From assembly GCA_964590435.1 (NCBI GenBank), contig CAZPWT010000005.1, forward strand, positions 67,470 through 131,469: 64,000 nt of DNA. The letters are read 5' to 3'. This DNA is from an uncultured Planctomycetia bacterium. Lineage in GTDB: Bacteria; Planctomycetota; MHYJ01; WSZJ01. Made by a program: the position numbers and the translations under genes. Below the pieces are notes generated by a model. That model did not search any database. It saw only the letters and a list, made by a program, of their open reading frames with translations, and had not been told where the DNA came from. Below, piece by piece: positions 35,990 through 43,630 of this stretch; the stretch's first letter is position 1, and each line of letters starts with the position of its first letter.

Positions 35990-36651
35990 CTATCGCGCGC
36001 AGCGGGGATACGGGCTGGAAAAGGGGGGAAGCGCCGCATGCGCGTCCCGAGCGGGATCGGGCGTGGCCACGGGGTGGTCCTCCACCTGCAGGAGTTCGAC
36101 GAGCGCCCGCCGCACCGCGTGCGCCTGCGACTCGGGGCCTGCGACCACCATGAAGGGAAGATCGAGGCGGGACCAGTCGTTCGCAGTGTCCTCAAGGAGG
36201 AACGGGGTGGAACCCTTGCTGGCCTCGGGCCGTCGGACCAATCGGGTAAGTGTCACAGAGGGCGCTGCGGGCCTGCGAATGAAAACCTGCGCGCAGGCAA
36301 GCTCATTGAATGCCAGGACCGATTCCAGCAGTGTATAGACCCCGGATGAGGGCACGTTCACGACGCGGGAGAAATTCACAGGAGGTTTTTGCTCGACTTG
36401 CCGTCGGTCGTACACGAGGACCCGGCCCGTATGAAGGGCCACTCCGTTCACAACTTCGGTCAGTCCGTGCCCGTTCCAATCGATGCGTACCAGGTCGCCT
36501 TCAACCGGTCTAGCCAGCCAATCGGGCACGGCCGGCGACTCGGAAGGCGGCGGGACAGCCGGTTCCGGGCGGCTGACGCAACCGGAACCGAAGCTCAAAA
36601 CCACAGCGAGGAACATCGCCGTCCGGGTCCAGCATGATGCGAGGATCGTCA
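35990..36651 (-). CDS. Lipoprotein carrying a secretin-N0-like domain paralogous to the GspD N-terminus
   Basis: Lipobox MTILASCWTRTAMFLAVVLSFGSGC. The segment LVRIDWNGHGLTEVVNGVALHTGRVLVYDRRQVEQKPPVNFSRVVNVPSSGVYTLLESVLAFNELA aligns by eye at ~50 % identity with GspD MIEVDWNGVTIENLIVMVSNLTGKAFIYDKEALKAKPPVNLSRAMQVPESGVFLLFESVLSNMQLA. Confidence 0.6.
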
Positions 36652-36778
36652 TGCCCTTCCAACGACGCAGCCCGATTTCGGTTGAGAGGCGCCCCTGCAG
36701 AAACACAAAAGGCGCCGCAGGCCGTTGCCCGCAGCGCCTTTCCACCGTTTCCACAATCCACGAACCACGAACCACCAA

Positions 36779-37627
36779 CTACTTCTTCGGCGGCTCCTCC
36801 GCCTTCTTCGGCTCCTCGACCTTCACGCCGAAGAACTTCAGCTTCCCGCGCGCCGTCTTCGCTTCTTCCGAGTCCGGCCAGCGATCGTTCACTTTCTTCC
36901 ACAGCTCGATCGCTTCCTTGCGCTGGTTCTTCTTGGAAAGGTCCGCGGCCTGGGCCATCAGGTCCTTGCGCTCCTTCTCTTCGGCGGCGATCCGCACCTT
37001 CTCGACTGCTTCCTGCGCCTTCACCGCGTCTTCTTTCGCCTTGGCGAGCCCCTCTTCCAGTTTCTTCTGCGCCTCGTCGTACGCCGCCTTGAAGTCGGCG
37101 TTCCCCTCGAGCTGCTTGTACCAGTCGTCCGCGGCCTTGCGCTCGGGGCGGCCTTCGAACCAGTGGCGCAGGTAAACCATCTTGGAAACGGCCGTCTTGA
37201 AGTCCCCGGCCTGCGCCGCGACGGCCATGCCGTTGTGGAGGCCGTAGCAGACTTCCTCGGCGAAAGCGTCGTCATGCGGCTTGCCCTTGCACTCGACCAG
37301 CTTGTTCCCCATCGGGTCCACCAGCATGAGGCGGGGGAAGCTGTCGACGCCGTACTGTTTCGCCGCGGCGGAACCTTCTTTCTCGGCGTTGAGGTGAACG
37401 CACACGAACGCCTTCAGGAACTCCTGGACCTCGGTGCGCGGATACGTATCCGTATCCATCTTCTTGCAGTACTTTCACCAGTCCGTGTAGAAGTCGAGAT
37501 ACATCAGTTTGCCTTCAAGTCCGGCCTTGACCTTCGCCTCCTCGAACGACTTCTCCCAGGCGACGCCGCCGGCGTGGGCGCTGGTGGCGGCAAGAAGGGC
37601 AAAGACGGCTGACGCCAATCGTTTCAT
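36779..37627 (-). CDS. Secreted thioredoxin-fold (DsbD-gamma/TlpA-like) protein with an in-frame TGA replacing the first Cys of CxxC; candidate selenoprotein (UxxC)
   Basis: Read across the TGA at 37475-37477, the frame gives MKRLASAVFALLAATSAHAGG...KLMYLDFYTDW-U-KYCKKMDTDTYPRTEVQEFLKAFVCVHLNAEKEG...YGVDSFPRLMLVDPMGNK. This is the DLYADWCVACK.../...LLGLPT... thioredoxin pattern. The ORF track split it into 36779..37459 plus a cryptic upstream part. Confidence 0.65.
37438..37459 (-). other. Stem-loop 17 nt downstream of the in-frame UGA; candidate bacterial SECIS element
   Basis: mRNA ...UGA AAG UAC UGC AAG AAG AU-GGAUACG-GAUA-CGUAUCC-G: a 7-8 bp stem with a 4-nt loop. The spacing is compatible with bacterial SECIS positioning. 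Confidence 0.4.
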
Positions 37628-37685
37628 GGTCCGGCCTCCCTCGTTCGTGACTGGGATCGGACTCTATCCGAACGCGGGGACCGCT

Positions 37686-38423
37686 TCAACGCGGACCCGG
37701 CGGCGCGGGGTGCAGCCGCTCCTTCAGGTGCTTGAGGTCCGCCACGATCATGAAGCTGATGATCACGAGCAGGAACCACGAGCTGACGCGGCGGAAGGCG
37801 ACGTGCTGCCAGCCGCCGTGCTGGTTCGGGTAGAGGTAGGCCCCGAGGTACGTCGTGATGTTCTCGGCCAGCCAGACGAAGAAACCGATGAGGAAAAACG
37901 ACAGCGCGATCGGCATGAAGCGCCGCTTCTCCGTCACCGTGAACCAGACGCGCGCCTTCCAGAAGACCGCGACGACGAGCGCGCCGAGGATCCAGCGGAC
38001 GTCGGGGAGGAAGTGGCGCGTGAAGAAATTCGCGTAGATCGCCGCCGACAGCGGGACGCTGAGGAGGTAGCGCGGATAGCCGGTCAGCTCGAGCTTGAGG
38101 AGGCGCCACGCCTGGCACATGTAGCTGGCGACGGAGGCGTACATGAAGCCGCTGTAGAGCGGGACGGTGCGGATGCGGAAGTACGACGCCTCGGGATAGC
38201 TCCACTCCCCGATCCGCGGGTCGGTCTTGAAGACCTCGAGCGCCAGCCCGATGACGTGGAAGACGCAGATGACCTTGAGCTCGTCGAGCGTCTCGATGCG
38301 CGCCGCAACGAGCGCGACCTGGAGCGCCACCGCCGCCAGCAGGATGAAGTCGTACCGGGGCAGCGGCCCCAGCGGGATGTGCTTCGACGCGAACAGGATC
38401 ACGAAAAACGAGCCCGCAAACAC
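37686..38423 (-). CDS. Polytopic inner-membrane protein (possibly DUF817 family)
   Basis: Six-plus hydrophobic helices (FFVILFASKHIPLG, LLAAVALQVALVAA, VICVFHVIGLALEVF, LVVAVFWKARVWF, IALSFFLIGFFVWLAE, LLVIISFMIVADL). Confidence 0.5.
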   Translation of the reverse strand: MFAGSFFVILFASKHIPLGPLPRYDFILLAAVALQVALVAARIETLDELKVICVFHVIGLALEVFKTDPRIGEWSYPEASYFRIRTVPLYSGFMYASVASYMCQAWRLLKLELTGYPRYLLSVPLSAAIYANFFTRHFLPDVRWILGALVVAVFWKARVWFTVTEKRRFMPIALSFFLIGFFVWLAENITTYLGAYLYPNQHGGWQHVAFRRVSSWFLLVIISFMIVADLKHLKERLHPAPPGPR

Positions 38424-38577
38424 GCACGCCCGGGCCTGCTTCAGGCCGAACCACCAGAATTCATGAAGGGCTGCGCGCAGTCGGTGCTCCCGGGCTTCGG
38501 CAGCTCTTTCGGCACGCCCGGGCCTGCGGCTTGAGCTTCCACGTCCGTGTCGGCCCGCGACCGGCTATTCCGGCGCC

Positions 38578-40005
38578 GTGATAGGTCAGGTTAGAATGTC
38601 CGGCTTCATGGCCCGTGAACCAGCTCGAAGGCCCGCTCGCACGCTCAAGCGTCCCCCTGCAGGCCCCTTCAGGGGAAAGCCGCGCCTCCTGCCCGCCGTG
38701 ATCGCCGTCCTCGCCCTCGTCGCGGGCTGTGACCGCGCACCCTCGGGCGCCCGGGAATCATTGCCGGGTTCCGAGGCAGGCAGTTCGTTTCAATTGTGGC
38801 CCGGGTCGAATCTCCCGCTCGTCTTCCTGGATACTTCGGGCGCGGCGATTCCCGACGAGCCGAAGATACCCGTCCGTGTCCGGATTATCCCTTGCCCCGC
38901 GGGGGGACTTGCGCACATCGACTCTCCTGATGTGGAATTCGACGGCGCCGCCCGCATCGAGTTGCGCGGGAAGACGTCCCTGCAGTTCCCGAAGAAACAG
39001 TTCGGCTTCCGGCTGGCCTCTCCCGCCACGTTGCTTGGTCTCCCGCGCGCCGCGAACTGGGTCCTATACGGTCCGTATTCGGACAAGTCCCTGATCCGGG
39101 ACGACCTCGCATATGAGCTCTCCCGGCGCATCGGGCGCTACGCGCCGCGGACTCGCTTCGTGGAACTCTTCCTCGACGACTCGGCCACCCCGGGCGAGGT
39201 CACCTCCCATTACGTGGGCGTCTACATGCTCGTCGAACGCGTCGAGGTCGGCCCGGGTCGCGTGAACGTCGCCGGCGAGTCCGCCTTCCTGATGAAGATC
39301 GACAAGCCGGACGCGGACGAGATCCCCTACGTCACCGAACGGGGAACCCGGCTGATCCATGTCTTCCCGCGTACGGACCCCGCCGGACCGCCCCCCTACT
39401 CCGAGAGATTCATGGAGGAATTCGAGTCCGCCCTCGCCAGCCCTGCGTTCGACGACCCCCGGTCAGGCTTTCGCCGCTGGATTGACGAAGACTCGTTCGC
39501 GGACTACTTCCTCCTCAACGAACTCTTCCGGAACGTCGACGCCTATCGCATCAGCACCTGGTTCCACAGGAACGATGGCGGAAAGCTGACGATGGGCCCT
39601 GTCTGGGACTTCAACCTCGCGTTCGGGAATTGCAGCTTCGGCTCGGCTTCCGGCACCCGCGGCTGGGTATCGGAAGGCGTGCCGGACTCGGTGGAATACC
39701 CGGCTCCGTTCTGGTGGAAGCGCCTGCTAGAGTCGACCGGATTCCGCCGGCTCCTCGGCGAAAGATGGCGGAAATTCCGGGGAGGGCCGCTGGCGACTTC
39801 TGAAATCCTGGCCGAGGTGGATCGAAAAGCCGCCTTGCTTTCGACGGCGCAGCAACGCAATTTCGAGCGCTGGGCGATCCTCGGGCGACGGGTCTGGCCG
39901 AATCCCACACCGGTCCCGCCGACCTGGGAAGCCGAGATATCGCAACTGCAGGAGTGGCTCAAGGCGCGCGCGGAGTGGATGGACGGCGAGCTTTCGAGTT
40001 TCTGA
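38578..40005 (+). CDS. CotH-family (atypical protein kinase fold) lipoprotein
   Basis: Lipobox LALVAGCDRAP; central HYVGVYMLVERVEVG and WDFNLAFGN motifs characteristic of CotH. Confidence 0.65.
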   Translation: MIGQVRMSGFMAREPARRPARTLKRPPAGPFRGKPRLLPAVIAVLALVAGCDRAPSGARESLPGSEAGSSFQLWPGSNLPLVFLDTSGAAIPDEPKIPVRVRIIPCPAGGLAHIDSPDVEFDGAARIELRGKTSLQFPKKQFGFRLASPATLLGLPRAANWVLYGPYSDKSLIRDDLAYELSRRIGRYAPRTRFVELFLDDSATPGEVTSHYVGVYMLVERVEVGPGRVNVAGESAFLMKIDKPDADEIPYVTERGTRLIHVFPRTDPAGPPPYSERFMEEFESALASPAFDDPRSGFRRWIDEDSFADYFLLNELFRNVDAYRISTWFHRNDGGKLTMGPVWDFNLAFGNCSFGSASGTRGWVSEGVPDSVEYPAPFWWKRLLESTGFRRLLGERWRKFRGGPLATSEILAEVDRKAALLSTAQQRNFERWAILGRRVWPNPTPVPPTWEAEISQLQEWLKARAEWMDGELSSF

Positions 40006-40028
40006 TCGAAGCGCGTATCATCCCGGCG

Positions 40029-41129
40029 ATGCTCCATGGACTTCGCATCCTCGACCTGACCCGCGTCCTCGCCGGCCCGTACGGCACGATGCTCCTCGCC
40101 GACCTGGGCGCCGACGTGGTGAAAGTCGAAGATCCCAGCGGCGGCGACCCGACGCGCACCATCGGCGGCGGTCCCGAGTCGCCGTACTTCGTGTCGGTGA
40201 ACCGCAACAAGCGCTCAATCGCGATCGACCTCAAGTCGTCGGAGGGGCGCGCGCTGCTGGCAAAACTCGCCGCGAAGGCCGACGTCCTCTGGCACAACTT
40301 CCGCCCCGACGCCGCCACGCGCCTCGGCTGCGACCTCCCCGTCTTCCGCGTCGCCAACCCGCGCCTCATCACCGTCGCCATCACGTCTTTCGGCGCCACC
40401 GGCCCCTACCGCGACCTCCCCGCCTTCGACCTCGTCATCCAGGCGATGTCCGGCTCCATGTCCGCCACCGGCGAACCCGGCCGCGCCCCCTGCAAGAACG
40501 GCGTCCCCACCGGCGACCTCGCGGGCGGCCTCTTCGGCGCCATCGCCACCCTCGCCGCCCTTCACGAACGCAACTCCACCGGCAAGGGCAAGGACATCGA
40601 CCTCTCCCTCCTCGATTGCTCCCTCTCCCTCCTCACCTACATGGCGCAGTTCACCCTCGCCGGCAACCCGCCCCCCGGCCCGATCGGCTCCGCCCACGCC
40701 TACAACGTCCCTTATGGCGCCTGGAAGTGCGCCGACGGGAAGTTCGTCGCCATCGCGATCTTCACGGACAAGTTCTGGCGGCCGTTCTGCGAAGCGCTCT
40801 CGCTGAAAATCGCCGAAGACCATCGCTTCGCCGACATGGCGTCGCGGCGGCTGAACCGCGCGGCGCTCGACCGGATCCTCGGGAAGGAGTTCGCGAAGAA
40901 TCCGCGCGACTGGTGGATCCAGCATCTCTGGGAGAAGGGGCTGCCCGCCGGGCCGGTGTACGACGTGTCGGAGGCGCTTCATGACGAGCAGGTCCGCGCC
41001 CGGCACATGGTGGTGCCGCTCGGCGACGGGCGGGAGACGCTCGGGTCGCCGTTCGGGGAGCTCAAGGCGAAACCGCCGCCGAAGCTGGACGGGGACCGGG
41101 CCGGGATCCTCCGGGAGTGGTTAGCCTGA
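40029..41129 (+). CDS. Family III CoA-transferase (CaiB/BaiF family)
   Basis: MLHGLRILDLTRVLAGPYGTMLLADLGADVVKVE (the canonical N-terminus of the family); Asp-containing GEPG.. region; ~367 aa. Confidence 0.8.
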   Translation: MLHGLRILDLTRVLAGPYGTMLLADLGADVVKVEDPSGGDPTRTIGGGPESPYFVSVNRNKRSIAIDLKSSEGRALLAKLAAKADVLWHNFRPDAATRLGCDLPVFRVANPRLITVAITSFGATGPYRDLPAFDLVIQAMSGSMSATGEPGRAPCKNGVPTGDLAGGLFGAIATLAALHERNSTGKGKDIDLSLLDCSLSLLTYMAQFTLAGNPPPGPIGSAHAYNVPYGAWKCADGKFVAIAIFTDKFWRPFCEALSLKIAEDHRFADMASRRLNRAALDRILGKEFAKNPRDWWIQHLWEKGLPAGPVYDVSEALHDEQVRARHMVVPLGDGRETLGSPFGELKAKPPPKLDGDRAGILREWLA

Positions 41130-41137
41130 AGGCGTGA

Positions 41138-41782
41138 TCAGAAGTCCCTGGAGTGGAAGTTCTCCCATTCCAGGTCGCTCCACCACTCGCGTTCCACGCC
41201 CTGGCAATCGGCCCCGTAGTGCCGGCAGGGCGCGCATCCCTCGCCGCGGAAGACGCCCGGCAGATCGGTGCGAGGCGGAAATCTCCGGACGAGGGATTCG
41301 CCGAGGGCGACCAGGTCGTCGGACGGCTTCACGAAGGCGTCGAGGTCGCTGTCGAGCCTCGTGCGCTCGAGCACGAGGCGCGAGTCCAGTTCCGGGAAGA
41401 GGACCGAGTCCTCCTTGTCGATGTGCTCCCAGAGGCGCGCGCAGTAGAGGCGGGCTGTCTCGGCGAGTTCGGGATCGTCGAACCGGCCGGCGGCCGCGAG
41501 CGCGCGCAGCTTCCGGATCGCGTCCCGGTTCTCGGTGTGCTCGCCCCGGATCATCGCGATCGGGCCTTTCTCGGGCAGGCCGGCATCGAGGGCCGCCCTG
41601 AGGAGGATGTCCTCCTCCATGGCGTGGTGGTGCGCGTCGGCGTACTCCTCGAAGAACCGGCAAAAGGACTCGAGCGCCAGCGCGGGTTGCGGTTCCCGGC
41701 GAGGCGACTCGACGAACGCCGCGAGCGACCCCGCGACCTGCTCGATGAGCCGGTGCTGCGCGGTCAGGAGTTCGGTGATGCG
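41138..41782 (-). CDS. Hemerythrin HHE cation-binding domain protein with a C-terminal Cys cluster
   Basis: FCRFFEEYADAHHHAMEEDILL (H-HxxxE motifs); second pair IRGEHTENRDAIRK...WEHIDKEDSVLFPEL; C-terminus CAPCRHYGADCQG. Confidence 0.65.
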   Translation of the reverse strand, partial: RITELLTAQHRLIEQVAGSLAAFVESPRREPQPALALESFCRFFEEYADAHHHAMEEDILLRAALDAGLPEKGPIAMIRGEHTENRDAIRKLRALAAAGRFDDPELAETARLYCARLWEHIDKEDSVLFPELDSRLVLERTRLDSDLDAFVKPSDDLVALGESLVRRFPPRTDLPGVFRGEGCAPCRHYGADCQGVEREWWSDLEWENFHSRDF

Positions 41783-41817
41783 CATGGGCGGGCCGGGCCC
41801 GGAAGCGAGAAGCGGAG

Positions 41818-42651
41818 TTACCCGCCCATCTTCCCCGGCGTCACCTCGATTTTCATCTCCTCGCCCTTGCGCAGGACGGTGAACGTGACCGCCTTGCCGG
41901 GTTTCACCGGCAGCAGCGCCTTTGCGTAGTCGGACAGGTTCTTCACCTCGACGTCCCCCACCTTCTTGATGAGGTCGCCGACCAGCAGCCCGGAAGACTT
42001 TCCCCCGCCCTGCGGGTTGAGCTGGCCGATCATGACGCCGTCGATCGACTGCTTCATGTTTGGCATCACGCCGATGAACGGCACCTCCTCCGGCTTGATC
42101 TTCACCAGCTCCGGCAGCTTCTCCGGCTTCGACAGCACCTTCGCCGAGACGATCTTCACCTCGACGAGCGGCGGCTGGCCGTCGCGGTCCGTCGCCGCGG
42201 CGTTCTCGATCTTCGTGAGGACGTCCAGCCCCTCGGTGACCTGGCCGAACACCGTGTACTGGTTGTCGAGGAAGGGCACGTCGCCGAAACAGAGGAAGAA
42301 CTGGCTCCCCGCCGAGTTCGGCTCGAACGTCCGCGCCATCGACAGCGTCCCCTTGACGTGCTTGTGCGCGTTGAATTCCGCCGGCAGCTTGTAGTCGAGC
42401 TCCTTCCCGCCGGTCTGCTGCGGGTCGCCGCCCTGGGCCATGAACTTCTTGATGATCCGGTGGAAGATCAGCCCGTCGTAGAACTTCTTGTCGCAGAGCG
42501 TGAGGAAGCTCGTGACGGTGTTCGGCGCGTCGTTGAAGTACAGCTCGATCTTGAGCGTGCCGAAGTTCGTCTCCATCTGGACGACCGGCGACTTTTCTTC
42601 GGCCCAAAGCGGCGTCGCGAGCACCAGCAGGACGGCGAGGCGGCGGATCAT
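41818..42651 (-). CDS. Secreted cyclophilin-type peptidyl-prolyl cis-trans isomerase fused to a C-terminal PDZ domain
   Basis: Signal peptide MIRRLAVLLVLATPLWA; cyclophilin core FHRIIKKFMAQGGDP...GTLSMARTFEPNSAGSQFFLCF; PDZ GVMIGQLNPQGGGKSSGLLVGDLIKKVGDVEV. Confidence 0.8.
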   Translation of the reverse strand: MIRRLAVLLVLATPLWAEEKSPVVQMETNFGTLKIELYFNDAPNTVTSFLTLCDKKFYDGLIFHRIIKKFMAQGGDPQQTGGKELDYKLPAEFNAHKHVKGTLSMARTFEPNSAGSQFFLCFGDVPFLDNQYTVFGQVTEGLDVLTKIENAAATDRDGQPPLVEVKIVSAKVLSKPEKLPELVKIKPEEVPFIGVMPNMKQSIDGVMIGQLNPQGGGKSSGLLVGDLIKKVGDVEVKNLSDYAKALLPVKPGKAVTFTVLRKGEEMKIEVTPGKMGG

Positions 42652-42845
42652 GGGAGCTCCTGGCACGGGGGCGGGGGATACTTTCGAGGCCGCAACTCTA
42701 GCGGGCGGATATCCCGGCGGTGAAGCGCTTTCCGCCCGCAGGCAGGAGCGCCGAGGTGACGCCGCTTTTCATGCAATATTCCGCGCCACGCGCCGTTGCT
42801 CTTCTGAACGTGGGGGGAGTCCGTTACTCGCAATCGGGAGACATC

Positions 42846-43532
42846 ATGCTTCACCGGATCCTGGCCGGGTTCCTGGCCGCGGCGTTCCTGACCAGCCTGG
42901 TCAGCGCCGAGGGGGAAGGGAAAGACGAGGGCCCGGGCGGCAAGCCGCCGAAGGGCAAGGACGGCGGCCCGGGGCCGAAAGGTCCGCCGCCCCCGGGGTG
43001 CCACTGCGCCTGCGGCTGCCCGGAGGACAAGGGCCCCAAAGGGCCGCCCCCTCCGCCGAAGGACAAGGACGGGAAGCCTCTTCCCCCTCCGGACGGCACG
43101 GAGGACCTGAAGGGCGACGGCGGGGCGCCGCCGCCTCCTCCCCCGCCGAAGGACGATCCGGGCGCACCGCCGCCGAAGGACGGCAAGCGGCCGCCGATGC
43201 CGCCCCCGCCGCCGTGCGGGTGCAAGTGCTGCAAACCGCCGCTTCCGCCGAAGGACGGTGAGAAGCCGCCGCCTCCGCCGAAGGATGGCGACAAGCCCCC
43301 GATGCCTCCCAAGGACGGCGAAAAGCCGCCCCCGCCGCCCAAGGACGGGGACAAGCCGCCGGTGCCGCCCAAGGACGGAGAGAAGCCGCCTCCGCCGCCG
43401 AAGGGCCACGGATGCCCCTGTCATCATCGCCCGCCGCCCCCGCCGCCCAAGGATGGCGAAAAGCCGCCGATGCCCCCGAAGGACGGCGAGAAACCGCCGA
43501 TGCCGCCGCCCGACGAGGGCGAGGACAAGTAA
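42846..43532 (+). CDS. Secreted proline-rich tandem-repeat protein with Cys/His clusters
   Basis: Signal peptide MLHRILAGFLAAAFLTSLVSAEG; about eight 10-aa repeats PPKDGEKPPP / PPKDGDKPPM encoded by a ~30-bp tandem DNA repeat with synonymous drift; GCHCACGCP, CGCKCCKPP and GHGCPCHH clusters. Confidence 0.65.
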   Translation: MLHRILAGFLAAAFLTSLVSAEGEGKDEGPGGKPPKGKDGGPGPKGPPPPGCHCACGCPEDKGPKGPPPPPKDKDGKPLPPPDGTEDLKGDGGAPPPPPPPKDDPGAPPPKDGKRPPMPPPPPCGCKCCKPPLPPKDGEKPPPPPKDGDKPPMPPKDGEKPPPPPKDGDKPPVPPKDGEKPPPPPKGHGCPCHHRPPPPPPKDGEKPPMPPKDGEKPPMPPPDEGEDK

Positions 43533-43549
43533 GCCGTCGTCGATCCGAA

Positions 43550-43579
43550 CAGGCCCGCCCCGGCGGGCCTGTTTTTTTG
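43550..43579 (+). terminator. Intrinsic terminator after the proline-rich repeat gene
   Basis: CAGGCCCGCCccggcGGGCCTGttttttt. Confidence 0.85.
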
Positions 43580-43630
43580 CGTTCCAGTCCTTCGAACCGG
43601 GGCGGCCCGGGGATCGATAGAATCCGACCC

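Noticed and set aside
37272-37478. 63-aa ORF 37272..37478 (-) starting at the position of the in-frame TGA of the thioredoxin-like gene
   Set aside because: It is in a different frame from the thioredoxin-like gene, and the thioredoxin-like frame is the coherent one, with a signal peptide and fold motifs. The interrupted locus is treated as a single candidate selenoprotein gene rather than two genes or a pseudogene.
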